Shown: positions 36,313 to 46,214 of the stretch, one piece after another
Layout of the letters: every line of letters begins with the position of its first letter
Position numbering within the stretch: position 1 is the stretch's first letter
Virus record (IMG/VR): IMGVR_UViG_3300008966_000004
Span: 1-57,242 of that record
Reading direction: 5' to 3' (one strand)
Source: a virus
Taxonomy: Duplodnaviria > Caudoviricetes
DNA: 57,242 bases
Program-made: the position numbers and the translations under genes
The notes under the pieces: generated by a model
The model's input: only the letters and a program-made list of their open reading frames with translations
Databases searched by the model: none
Told to the model about the DNA's origin: nothing

Positions 36313-36789
36313 TTATTTATCTGTTATTTTAAAAGTAATGCTATTTCTCATATTTCCCGTATCAATAAGCGTTTTTGAACTTCCTTTTCTTTTGATAGTA
36401 GAAGCTTTGAGCGGAGGAGGTACATTGCTTGATATTTTTTCCTTAATATCACTAACCATCTGTTCGCCAACTAAACCTATCTTTCTTTCAACCTCAAAAT
36501 CGCCTTTTATTACGTCTACTACAATTTTATCAAGCAAACCAGACCACTTTTCCCGTTGTTCATCTGCCGTACTACGTACAAAAGAACGCTCTGGTATTTT
36601 ACTTGTTCCGTATTCATTGGCTATTGCATAATCAATAATACGACCGCCAGTATCTTCATTTACTCCAGCATCCTCAAAGATACCGACCTGTAATTCCTTT
36701 TTTTTTAGAGCAAGTAAAGTTTTTTTTATTTTTTCAAGATTAAAGTTCTTATCAACAATTCTCATCCCATCATTCTTGTCATCGGACAA
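36313..36789 (-). CDS. neck / tail completion protein
   Basis: VGI..., A..NEYGT..IPERSF.R, PPL..STI.RKGS.K.LIDTG.M..SI. Confidence 0.85.
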   Translation of the reverse strand: MSDDKNDGMRIVDKNFNLEKIKKTLLALKKKELQVGIFEDAGVNEDTGGRIIDYAIANEYGTSKIPERSFVRSTADEQREKWSGLLDKIVVDVIKGDFEVERKIGLVGEQMVSDIKEKISSNVPPPLKASTIKRKGSSKTLIDTGNMRNSITFKITDK

Positions 36790-37106
36790 ATCACTGTTTC
36801 TTTTACAAGCTGGGCGTATGTTCTACCATAACTTGATAAATCATACTCCGTATTATTAGTCGGTGCTGCATAGGTAACGGATAAATTACCCTCTTTCAAT
36901 GCAGTAACACTACCACTAGCCCCAAGTCTTTTTAAAGACTGATCAATACGATGTGCCGCTAAATAACATATCATATTGTCTCTATGGTTTGGGCTTATTT
37001 CACTACTAACAAAATCGCTGGCCATTTCAAGATGTGCATTTAAAAAAGCCTCATCTTCATCAGCAAATTCTTTGGCAATTAATTTTAAACGAGATAGTAA
37101 TTCCAT
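36762..37106 (-). CDS. head-tail adaptor (DUF4054-like)
   Basis: EF.D, YLAAH, G.V...KEG.LSV.Y, SSYG..Y. Confidence 0.85.
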   Translation of the reverse strand: MELLSRLKLIAKEFADEDEAFLNAHLEMASDFVSSEISPNHRDNMICYLAAHRIDQSLKRLGASGSVTALKEGNLSVTYAAPTNNTEYDLSSYGRTYAQLVKETVICPMTRMMG

Positions 37107-37111
37107 ATTAA

Positions 37112-38191
37112 TTAAAACTGATTACAATTTTTTTCTAAATCTTTAGTACTCTCATCGGTTTTTTTATTTTTTTTCTGAATTTCTTCTTGTTGAAAATTAT
37201 TTAATAAATCCATATTCATAACATTGACTTCTTTTTCTTGCTTGATACTAAAATGATTAGCACAACGAATTACGAACTCTTCTATAGTCTCTTTGTCATT
37301 ATAAAGACCGAAATATTCGTCTTTAGGATGAGAAATAAGCTTTTCCAGACCATTCATTTGTTCAATTCTTCTCTTGAACTCTTGTAAAGAACTTTCTGAC
37401 ACAAAGCCCCCAGCATAAATACTTGAGAACAGTTTATTATTATATTTCCTTATTCTTAAACGCTCACCTTCGCTAATTACAAAAATATGCAATTTTAAAG
37501 CATAAATAAAAGAAAGTAGATATTGGAAATCATCCTCAATCTTGTCCAGGCTTTCCCATGGATATTCTATAAGTTTGCTTAAAATCTCACAGTGAGTTTT
37601 ATGCTTATTTAAAGCTTCATCAGTAGCAACTATTTTTTTGTCTTTATAGAAATCAAGATAGACAGCAATACTTTTTCTCAAATCATCGCCATATACTCTA
37701 CGTTCAAATACAGGTAAAGAATTATTACAAGGCATTTCGTTAGCCCTTGTTGCGTCAAATAAGAATTTAGGAGTTTCAGCTTCAGAGATAACATTTGATC
37801 CAGTATTAAACCTAAATTTCGCTGGTAAGAATCTAAATAAAACAGGTTGAATACTTAATTGTTTACTAAGGAAATAAAAAAATATGTTTTCTGGTGTGTT
37901 AGGTATGCTATTTTTATATTTTGCTTCTGTACGTGAAACTATTTTTTTAATAGTAATATCTTTGTCTGTAAATAAATAATGCAAACAATTCTGAATAAAA
38001 CTGCAATCGTAAAAATAATCAGTTGTTCCTAAAATTCTTGGCATAGCAAATTCAGGATCAAAAGCCCTGTATTTTTCATACAAGGCCTTATATTCTGCTG
38101 CTTTCTCTGCTTTATATGTTGCATCAAAACATAACATTAACTCGTCATGAGTTAATCTATATTTCTGCATTATCCGATATATTCTTTCCAT
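37112..38191 (-). CDS. hypothetical protein inserted between capsid and adaptor genes (moron-like)
   Basis: 359-aa ORF with no recognisable structural motif. Confidence 0.7.
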   Translation of the reverse strand: MERIYRIMQKYRLTHDELMLCFDATYKAEKAAEYKALYEKYRAFDPEFAMPRILGTTDYFYDCSFIQNCLHYLFTDKDITIKKIVSRTEAKYKNSIPNTPENIFFYFLSKQLSIQPVLFRFLPAKFRFNTGSNVISEAETPKFLFDATRANEMPCNNSLPVFERRVYGDDLRKSIAVYLDFYKDKKIVATDEALNKHKTHCEILSKLIEYPWESLDKIEDDFQYLLSFIYALKLHIFVISEGERLRIRKYNNKLFSSIYAGGFVSESSLQEFKRRIEQMNGLEKLISHPKDEYFGLYNDKETIEEFVIRCANHFSIKQEKEVNVMNMDLLNNFQQEEIQKKNKKTDESTKDLEKNCNQF

Positions 38192-38201
38192 GACTTAATC
38201 T

Positions 38202-39179
38202 TTAAGAAGCATTAGTAATTTTTGTTACTGACTTAGGTTGTCTGATACAAACACCCGCATGTCTAGAAACACAATAAGACATATAACCTATACCATGTCT
38301 TTGTAACTCATCAATTTCAAACATATTAGAAACAATATGTTCAATAAAGTCAGGGTTATCATTATATAGTAATGCCATTTCTTTCGTTGTAGAAACTATG
38401 CTGCCCTTCGCAAATTCTGGAACGGAAACGACCCTTACTCCCATCATTTGAGAAAACACTTGTGCAACGCTAGCTGTTCCGTTAGCTGCTGCCCATGGTG
38501 AATAGACAAGGTTAGCATAAATCTTAGGACTTACTGCTAAAACATTCGGAGCTATAAGTCCTTTTGTTGCATCTAAAGCATCAGTAACCAATCCTTTTAA
38601 AGTAGAAAGTAATTTAGCTCCGTCATTTCCCAAAGCTAAGTCAACTATTCCATTTGGTTCATCTACTACTATAGTCTCACTACGAATACTTGGATTACTA
38701 AATACGCCTGGAACGCCTACAGCTTTATCACCATTGAAACAAGTTGCATTCATAAGCTCCATGTTTGAACGTAGTGCTTGTCTTCTTTGGAAAGCAATTA
38801 TATCCCGTCCTGTTTTAGCTCCTGCCATGATATCGGCTTTACTGAATTGTATACCGCAATATACATCTGCAAAATCCATAGCATATTGATTTCCTGCTAC
38901 GCTCATCATAGGTGCATCTTTTACTAAACCGCCTTTTACTGCTGCATATTTAGACCTACCAGTACCCTCAATCATGTTGTACTTATAAATCGTAGCTACT
39001 TTATCGCCTATGTCTTTCTGATTAAAAAGACCAAAAGAGGAAAGGCTAGCTTTGATTGTTTCAAAGTCCTTGCCATCATAAGCGGTTAATTCATTTTCAA
39101 AGAATATAATGCTATCGGAATCAAGACGTAAACTTGCTCCTTCGCCTCTTTTGAAACTGTCTGTTGAAAATATTTGCAT
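38202..39179 (-). CDS. major capsid protein (DUF2184 / encapsulin-Linocin-like HK97 fold)
   Basis: F..EL...D...E, N...F.GD...G.PG..NP, P..L...P..Y, R..GV.IR.P; follows the decoration gene. Confidence 0.85.
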   Translation of the reverse strand: MQIFSTDSFKRGEGASLRLDSDSIIFFENELTAYDGKDFETIKASLSSFGLFNQKDIGDKVATIYKYNMIEGTGRSKYAAVKGGLVKDAPMMSVAGNQYAMDFADVYCGIQFSKADIMAGAKTGRDIIAFQRRQALRSNMELMNATCFNGDKAVGVPGVFSNPSIRSETIVVDEPNGIVDLALGNDGAKLLSTLKGLVTDALDATKGLIAPNVLAVSPKIYANLVYSPWAAANGTASVAQVFSQMMGVRVVSVPEFAKGSIVSTTKEMALLYNDNPDFIEHIVSNMFEIDELQRHGIGYMSYCVSRHAGVCIRQPKSVTKITNAS

Positions 39180-39193
39180 TTTATTTTTACCTC

Positions 39194-39718
39194 TTAAGCT
39201 TGTTTAACTACTGGGACAACAGCATTTACTTGAATCGGAATCAAGTTATTTGCAACGGCCGTATCACTTAATGAAATACCAACTAAGTATGAACCTGTAA
39301 GAGTAGCTGCTGTTTGTATTACAAAACCAGTGTTGACAGTAAAGAAAATATTATTGCCGTATCCAGCTTGAGTAACTGTTGTAATTGTTACAAACATTCT
39401 ACCAGTTTTCATTACACTAACTTGAGAGCCTGCTGGATAAGATATAGCAGAGCTTGTAATTATTGTTGCAGGTTTATCGGCTTCATCCTCTAGAACGCTG
39501 CCTGGTACTGCATAATTAGTTCTCATTGCTATTCCAAGCATTTTGCCTGTAGCAGTTAGTTTTTTTACAACCTTATTAGTTGCATCATATTCAACAGGAG
39601 TCCCGAATGGTATGTCTTCGCCCGCAGAATAAGAGTCTATTTGATTTAGTGAAGTATCATATAAACCGCCGACTAGACCTAACTTTGATACAATCGCAGT
39701 GTCAAAATTTGTTTGCAT
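39194..39718 (-). CDS. head decoration / cement protein
   Basis: IPFG..V, LGIA.R, Y..G..VSVM..GR..V; between DUF2213 and capsid genes. Confidence 0.75.
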   Translation of the reverse strand: MQTNFDTAIVSKLGLVGGLYDTSLNQIDSYSAGEDIPFGTPVEYDATNKVVKKLTATGKMLGIAMRTNYAVPGSVLEDEADKPATIITSSAISYPAGSQVSVMKTGRMFVTITTVTQAGYGNNIFFTVNTGFVIQTAATLTGSYLVGISLSDTAVANNLIPIQVNAVVPVVKQA

Positions 39719-39729
39719 ATATATCCCTC

Positions 39730-40872
39730 TTATTTTTTCTCGTTAAGTTTTGCCATAATTATATCATGGGCAGTATTTGTTCTTTCTGCTGCTCCATGAG
39801 CCGCTGCAACGAGATTATAAGCTTTGCTTGTATCATTTCTCTTTGTAGCAATTGCACCTGTTACTTTATCAAAAACACCTTTTACATATTCATCGCTAGC
39901 ACCATTGTAGCTTACTTCAATGCCATTTTTAGAATCAACACGTTTTAGTGCAGCTTCCATGATTTCCCTATTTGAATGATGAGTATAAGCGGAAAAGTCC
40001 TCGCCGAGTACAGCTGCCGCCCTGACTGCAATATTAGTTCTTTCAATAGCTCTCTCATTGATAATACTATCAAGATTAACTTGTTTTAGATCATCTCTTT
40101 CTTTAGTAACACTTGCTAAAGTAGACTCTAGAGCTTTGCTTTTAGCTTCTGCTGTATCAAGTTTGTGTTTTAGTAAATCTCTTTCATTAGTTAAAGCGTC
40201 AAAACGAGCTTTTTGTACTTCAACTTCATGATCAAGTTTTTTTTCGGTATCGGACATGTTTATTCCCTCTATACTTTTAAAATTGTCATTATTGTATCTT
40301 GTTTCCGCAAGTTCACAAGTTTTTTTTGAATCAAGCCTAAATCTTGCGTTTCTTCCTGCTCTTCCCATTTCCACAACGGCTAGGTGATTATATACAATAT
40401 CAGTTTGCCGATAATCATATCTCTCACCTTTGTAAGTTCCCTCATCCTTTTTTAGAGCAACACTATAACCTAGTGAAAGCTCTGCTTTTCTTCCTGATAA
40501 AATTTTATTAATCAAACCGCTATCAGTAACCTTGATTCTAACAACAATATTGCCGTCTTCATCAGTTCTGTAGCTCTCACCTGTAAAACCTTTTTGCAAT
40601 GCAGAAGCATTGTTTGCATCTACAAATTCCTGTGGATGGTCATCGGTTACAGGTATCATTTTTAAGGTTTTTAAACTATCTTCTTTTAAAACGTCTTCTG
40701 GATGTCTAAGTTCTTTGCGGCATTTTCCATCCGCATCATAATAATTAAAGATTCCTGTTCTACTTGCTACTACTTCCCCCTCTAAAAAACCTTGATCGGT
40801 TTTCTGTACCTTTGGTACTGGAAAAGTATCTATTCTATAAATTCGGATTATTTCGTCTTGAGAAGTCTGCAT
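39730..40872 (-). CDS. DUF2213 prohead protease/scaffold protein
   Basis: GFL.....SRTGIF.Y, R.PE.V, PVT.DHP, I..G..ELS.GY, Q..I.YNHLA.V..GRAG; coiled-coil C-terminus. Confidence 0.9.
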   Translation of the reverse strand: MQTSQDEIIRIYRIDTFPVPKVQKTDQGFLEGEVVASRTGIFNYYDADGKCRKELRHPEDVLKEDSLKTLKMIPVTDDHPQEFVDANNASALQKGFTGESYRTDEDGNIVVRIKVTDSGLINKILSGRKAELSLGYSVALKKDEGTYKGERYDYRQTDIVYNHLAVVEMGRAGRNARFRLDSKKTCELAETRYNNDNFKSIEGINMSDTEKKLDHEVEVQKARFDALTNERDLLKHKLDTAEAKSKALESTLASVTKERDDLKQVNLDSIINERAIERTNIAVRAAAVLGEDFSAYTHHSNREIMEAALKRVDSKNGIEVSYNGASDEYVKGVFDKVTGAIATKRNDTSKAYNLVAAAHGAAERTNTAHDIIMAKLNEKK

Positions 40873-40875
40873 AAT

Positions 40876-41691
40876 TTAAAGTTTAATTATAGCGATAGCC
40901 GTGCATCTGCATAATATTTCCTGCCCTGGATGATATAAAGCCGCACCTATTTCTGACCTTTGCGTCCATTTCTTCAGGCTTTCTTCGTCTTTATATACAT
41001 TGACATTATCGTAGGTGCAGATTTTACCTTGTAATACTTGATGGCTCTTTCTTACTCTCTCGTCTTGAGAAGTTGACCACTTGTAGTCGGTAATGCCTAG
41101 CTCCTTATGCCTTTGCCTTGTTAGATCAGCATTTAGTTTGTTAATCTGATCTTTAGCGATAAGCCTCGCACGTTTTTCGCTAATTGTAAAGGTTTTTTGT
41201 AATTCCTGTGCCAAGGTTGTGTAACTACTCCCTCTTCGCACATTCGCAAATACTACTTCCTGCACTCTACCAAGCAAGTCTTCACTTATGCTTTTTATAA
41301 GCCTAACATTATCAGAAACAAACATTTCCATCGCATTTCTTATATCGGGAGTAGTGCTAATAGCTAGATTTTTAAAAGGGGTGCTTCTTAATGATTGGCG
41401 TACTGCCTTATCATTAAAGTCATTAACTTCAATACTTGTTTTTACAATACGATTAATGAACGACCTTAATTTTAAGGTAATTTTTAATTCGGCTAACCTA
41501 AAGAAGTTATTAAAATCTTCTGTAAAATCATCCTTTCTAATCGCTTGATTGTAACTGTTTTTTATTTCTTCAATTAGCCCATCTTTTATATCCTTTACAA
41601 ACAAGGATTTTAGAAGCCCATTTATTTGATTAAAATAACGGACTTCTAAAACAAAAGGATACATTACCTTGTTGGCATGAAAAACAGGCAC
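40876..41691 (-). CDS. head morphogenesis protein (SPP1 gp7 / Mu gpF family)
   Basis: NVRLIKSI, RARLIA.DQ..KLN, Y.WSTS.DERVR.SH..L.GK, HPG..I.CRC.A. Confidence 0.92.
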   Translation of the reverse strand: MPVFHANKVMYPFVLEVRYFNQINGLLKSLFVKDIKDGLIEEIKNSYNQAIRKDDFTEDFNNFFRLAELKITLKLRSFINRIVKTSIEVNDFNDKAVRQSLRSTPFKNLAISTTPDIRNAMEMFVSDNVRLIKSISEDLLGRVQEVVFANVRRGSSYTTLAQELQKTFTISEKRARLIAKDQINKLNADLTRQRHKELGITDYKWSTSQDERVRKSHQVLQGKICTYDNVNVYKDEESLKKWTQRSEIGAALYHPGQEILCRCTAIAIIKL

Positions 41692-41700
41692 AAAACACTT

Positions 41701-41892
41701 TTAACCTAATATCTTTTCTAAGTTGGCAATTTTTTCTTTAAGTATATTAATTTCATTTTGTATACTATTTTTTCTTGTTTCTGTAGCAAGAATCGGTTCA
41801 TTAGATAAATAAAGAACACATTCACTATATATGGCTTGTACATGTAATGGAATACTTTTTAAAATATCTACTTTATTTTGATTTTCATTCAT
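41701..41892 (-). CDS. hypothetical protein
   Basis: ORF track; end of fibre block. Confidence 0.5.
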   Translation of the reverse strand: MNENQNKVDILKSIPLHVQAIYSECVLYLSNEPILATETRKNSIQNEINILKEKIANLEKILG

Positions 41893-41915
41893 ATTATTAT
41901 CTTTTTATTTATAAA

Positions 41916-42188
41916 TTAATTATTATTTGATGGAACATAAGTCGCTAAAAAATCTTTAATTTTGATTATATCGTCTTCTAATTCTGTTATCGTTTTCAAA
42001 GCTGATTCTTTTAATTCAAGCATATATGGATTACTTGTATCAACATTATTGCTAAATAATTGAGACGACCAATGCCTTAAATTATTAGCATCTGCCATAA
42101 ACCAACTAAGATAATTTACCGCTTCTGCATTACTAGGTTTTATTTGAGGAGGTGTAGGTTCAATCGCTGTTATATTCGTTTTACTCAT
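41916..42188 (-). CDS. hypothetical protein (possible fibre chaperone)
   Basis: ORF track; follows the ICA-domain fibre. Confidence 0.55.
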   Translation of the reverse strand: MSKTNITAIEPTPPQIKPSNAEAVNYLSWFMADANNLRHWSSQLFSNNVDTSNPYMLELKESALKTITELEDDIIKIKDFLATYVPSNNN

Positions 42189-42192
42189 GATT

Positions 42193-43941
42193 TTAATTAA
42201 TTTTTTTTAATGTTTCTTGTAATAAGATTAATCCTATTTCAAATAATTTATTCTTTTCAACCGTAGGACATTTTTCATAAGTACCATAGGCATAAATAAC
42301 CTTATTATTTTTGAAATAATTATCTACTGCCATTTTATCATTATTTTCAAAAGAAACATAAAGTTTTTTTGTAGTTATATTATTTATTAACGCTTTATAA
42401 AATAAACCATTGATAAATAACCTAATGTATTTTGCTTCTTTATCTATTTTATTTAAATCTAGTTTATGAGAAAACTTATAAATATCTTTTTCTTTACCTT
42501 TAAAACAAATTTTCATCATTCTTCCATGTTCATCTATACAATTTGGGATATATCTTTCTTTTTCTAGATCAACAAATTGAGGAAATATTAAACTTAAGTC
42601 TTCTGCAATAACTCCATAATGATTTCCTTTGCCGTCTGATTCATCAATATAATTATATTGACAAAAATTAATATTTAAAAACTTTTGCTTTAAATCTTGA
42701 ATATCTAAGTTAGGAATAATTTTTTTTATTTTTTTAGAAGATATAGCATTAAATTCTGAGGCAGCTATTCTATCTTGACATACTATACTGTAATAATTAG
42801 TACCAGATGCCGCACCAGTGCCACCATAACTATTTAGCCATCCATAAGAATAATAACGACCTGTAGTTATACCACTTGATACCTCTAAAGTTCCTCCAAC
42901 AAAAGACATTCTATGTAATCCGTTAGAGTCTGTAATTCTATTTCCATTTAATTTTAAATCACTATATAAAGTTAAATTACTTACAGGGCTATTAAAATAA
43001 ATATAAGGTAATGTATAAGAAAAAAAATTATTAGTAAATATATTTGAAGCTGCAATTGATCCTGTTGTATTTAAATTATTTGAAAAACAGTCAATAGTTC
43101 CATCATTATATATTTGCATCCTAATAATATTATTTGTACCAAATTTTAAACTGATGTTATTTTTTGCCCAGACATAACCCTCTGATGTTGAGTTATTAAG
43201 TCCAAATATAATACCATCATTATTTTGATTATAAAATCCGATACCAGTATTATAAGCAGATGGATTGGAATTATATGTAGAAATAACTTCTAAAGAAGAA
43301 TTAGAAGTAGTAACTGTCACTGGGAATTGAATAACTGCATTAGCCCACTGCCCGTCTCCCCTTAAATATAAATTAGAATTAGCAGGATAACCACTTAGTC
43401 TACCAATATTCAATTGACCTGTAGTTCCACTGTTTATATCAATTAAAGACATAGGAATAGTTGCCCACTGCCCATCTCCTCTTAAAAAGAAACTAGAATT
43501 AGCAGGGTAACCTGTTAACCTGGATATGCTTAATTCTCCAGAAGTATTGTAAGTTAAATCAAAAACTTTATTATCTACATAAGATTTAATAACAAAATCG
43601 TTATTAAATAGAGGAGTATTACCTTTTGCATTGATATTAAAAAAAATACCATTTTCATTAGCGGTAAATAAAGGAATACCAACATAATCATTATCTAGAA
43701 AATAATTAAAACTAAAGCTACCAACAGAACTAAGATAATCTTTAGTATGCTTAAATCTAAAACCGCCAAAACTACTATTTTTAAAATCAATATTTATTGA
43801 AGTATTTAATAATGAAGTAGGTGTAAACTTATTAAAAAAAACAAAAGAATTAAACTGTTCGTAAAAATTAAAATGCTGACTAGTGCCAAATACATCAATT
43901 TTTGGATTAACATGAGCAGGGGTTAAATATGTATCTCCCAT
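42193..43941 (-). CDS. fibre/spike protein with intramolecular-chaperone (peptidase S74-like) C-terminus
   Basis: Twice RL.GYPANS..LRGDGQW; L.FGTNN..RM.I..DG; SSKKIK..I, YNYID, GVIAEDL ICA motifs. Confidence 0.8.
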   Translation of the reverse strand: MGDTYLTPAHVNPKIDVFGTSQHFNFYEQFNSFVFFNKFTPTSLLNTSINIDFKNSSFGGFRFKHTKDYLSSVGSFSFNYFLDNDYVGIPLFTANENGIFFNINAKGNTPLFNNDFVIKSYVDNKVFDLTYNTSGELSISRLTGYPANSSFFLRGDGQWATIPMSLIDINSGTTGQLNIGRLSGYPANSNLYLRGDGQWANAVIQFPVTVTTSNSSLEVISTYNSNPSAYNTGIGFYNQNNDGIIFGLNNSTSEGYVWAKNNISLKFGTNNIIRMQIYNDGTIDCFSNNLNTTGSIAASNIFTNNFFSYTLPYIYFNSPVSNLTLYSDLKLNGNRITDSNGLHRMSFVGGTLEVSSGITTGRYYSYGWLNSYGGTGAASGTNYYSIVCQDRIAASEFNAISSKKIKKIIPNLDIQDLKQKFLNINFCQYNYIDESDGKGNHYGVIAEDLSLIFPQFVDLEKERYIPNCIDEHGRMMKICFKGKEKDIYKFSHKLDLNKIDKEAKYIRLFINGLFYKALINNITTKKLYVSFENNDKMAVDNYFKNNKVIYAYGTYEKCPTVEKNKLFEIGLILLQETLKKIN

Positions 43942-44028
43942 TATATTTTTTTATTATTTGTTTTATTTTGTAATTTTAAGATTAATTTATCGGTTTTTTT
44001 TATACAAAAATTTTACCTGTTTTTTAAT

Positions 44029-45453
44029 TTATTGTATTTTTATAGTTGCATTAAATTTATAAACAGCAGGCATATCTCCAGTAAACATAAAAAAATCTGA
44101 ATTAATGTAAGCATTTCTTACCGAAAAACCTTGATTTGTTACGGCAATAAAATTACCAAATAAACATAACTTATTTTGACCATACACAGGACTTACAACA
44201 CAATCTGTACTAAATGCCGAACCTTGCCTTACTATCCCCCTTCCAACTTGAGTTTGATATAATATTGAAGTATAACCATCTGTTGTAAGACTACCATTAA
44301 TAGAAGCATTTCTTGTTATAATAGAAGTATCATAACTATATACTGACTCATCTATTGAATAACCGCTAGGAATAGAAAAAAGATATAACCCATAACCACT
44401 TGTGCCAATAGTATCTAATCTTAAGTTAAAATTAATAAGCATAGTTTTGCCAATAATAGTATATGAACATTTAAATTCATAATGTTCAGAACTAGGAAGT
44501 GTAGGATTAATCCATGGATTACCAGTAGGGCATGTTACTGTAGGGGTATAGTTAGTCCATACAGAACCACCAATACTATCAACATAAATTCTAGTAGCAA
44601 CGTCTTGAGCTGAGATAGGGTTAGCTACATTAATTATCCTATTACTATTCATACTAAACGAGTCAGTCGGGGCAGTTAGATCATTAATTGTTCTGCTATC
44701 TAAATAAGATTTATTTACTGCATGACTAGCAAGTGTCGGCGTGGCAAGATTTGTTATATTCTGAGAATTAAAATTAACAGAAGCAGTCGGAAGTGAAATT
44801 TGATCAAGTCTTTTATTTAAAGTTGTTGTTATACTAGAACCAGTGTTACCAGAACCACTAACATCACCAGTAAGAGTAACATCTGTTGGCACTCCACTAA
44901 TACCAGAGCTTACAGAACTTTCAACAAAAGATTTATTAGCAGCATCCGTAGCCAAAACAGGAGTAGCTAAGTTAATGATTTTATTATTGTTTAAATTAAT
45001 ATTAGCTGTAGGTATTGCAAATTGATCTAATTTAAAAGCTACAACTGAACTATTGAAATCTGTAATTTGGGATATTGTCCAAGTTTTATTATCTATGTAA
45101 GATTTATTTGTGGCATGATTATTTAAAGTAGGGGTAGGTACAATAACAGGAATATTAAAAGTAAAAATGTTATTATCTATTGATAATAAATCTACTGAGT
45201 TATTATTAAAAACACTTTTTAATTTTAAAGGACCAAAATTATCAGTTATTAATGTATTGTGTTCAAAAAAATATCCATTGTTAAATACATTAAAAATTCC
45301 TATTTTTAATGTAGTGGGAACATTTGAAAGCGGGGTAAATTTATTTATAAATGAAAAATTATTTATAGGATCAGAAAAAAATATTTTCTGATTATCACCT
45401 AAAATATATAAATTAGGAGTTATTGAATTTACTACTATACTGCTTGCTGCCAT
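44029..45453 (-). CDS. fibre protein with repeated NLATP...A.NK.Y(V/I)D knots
   Basis: Four such repeats, LTGDVSGSG, W..YTP, Y...GK C-terminal head; N-terminus paralogous to 42193-43941. Confidence 0.8.
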   Translation of the reverse strand: MAASSIVVNSITPNLYILGDNQKIFFSDPINNFSFINKFTPLSNVPTTLKIGIFNVFNNGYFFEHNTLITDNFGPLKLKSVFNNNSVDLLSIDNNIFTFNIPVIVPTPTLNNHATNKSYIDNKTWTISQITDFNSSVVAFKLDQFAIPTANINLNNNKIINLATPVLATDAANKSFVESSVSSGISGVPTDVTLTGDVSGSGNTGSSITTTLNKRLDQISLPTASVNFNSQNITNLATPTLASHAVNKSYLDSRTINDLTAPTDSFSMNSNRIINVANPISAQDVATRIYVDSIGGSVWTNYTPTVTCPTGNPWINPTLPSSEHYEFKCSYTIIGKTMLINFNLRLDTIGTSGYGLYLFSIPSGYSIDESVYSYDTSIITRNASINGSLTTDGYTSILYQTQVGRGIVRQGSAFSTDCVVSPVYGQNKLCLFGNFIAVTNQGFSVRNAYINSDFFMFTGDMPAVYKFNATIKIQ

Positions 45454-45707
45454 ACTACTACTGTTTCATCCTGTAATAAATCAAACATAAATTTATAATT
45501 AACCACATCATTTGCAGATTCAGGAGCTTTTAAATTAATTATTTTATGGTTACTAACATCAAAATCTCTGGTTACATTAAAAGTAGTTTGTGTAACTTGA
45601 TTTGTAAAGCCATTTCCTATAACATCCCCAGCTAAATTTATTTCCCCAGTGTTATTACCACCAACAACTACCCAATTTACTCCATCAAAAAACTCTAAAG
45701 CTGCCAT
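45435..45707 (-). CDS. short fibre-linker protein beginning with EFFDG.NW half-motif
   Basis: AAGGA RBS; LAGDVIG.G and KI.NL..P....D.VN motifs. Confidence 0.7.
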   Translation of the reverse strand: MAALEFFDGVNWVVVGGNNTGEINLAGDVIGNGFTNQVTQTTFNVTRDFDVSNHKIINLKAPESANDVVNYKFMFDLLQDETVVVWQQAV

Positions 45708-45714
45708 ATATCCT

Positions 45715-46195
45715 TTATAAACTTGTATTTAATCTAAACATTCCTGCTGCTGGAGACGTTGGGCGTTGTGCAGTTGTTCCTTTAGGTATAGTGATTGAAC
45801 CTGTGCCTGGAATTACTGGATCAGTCGCTATTGATATTGTCGCAACTCCACCTGACACTGTAACTACTATTTGACCAGTAGTGCCAAGTACATTGGTTAA
45901 TCCACTACTAGATAATTCGGCATAAACAATTGCAGCAGAACCTATGTTAACGCTAACATTACTTGTTAACATAAAAATTTTAGGAGAGTTGACAGTCCCA
46001 GCAAATACTTCTACTGTCGAACCACGAATAAATTGAGTATAGAAATCCTGATCAGTAGCTCTCGTTAATACCCAATTTGTGCTTACTGAACCAACATTAG
46101 TTACTGTGTAAATTCCGTTTTCAGATGTAGAATGAGAACCAATTTGTTCCATCATGAAATTCCTGTTTACCAACAGGCAAAGGTAACTGTGCCAT
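45715..46195 (-). pseudogene. fibre gene with apparent internal frameshifting deletion near 46132
   Basis: Start MAQLPLPVGKQEFHDGTNWFS (46195) stops at 46121; SENGIYTV..WVLTRATD..IPKGTTAQRP..GMFRLNT continues in another frame without the usual upstream RVLVKNQ segment. Confidence 0.65.
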
Positions 46196-46214
46196 AAAAT
46201 ACTCACATGGTTAT

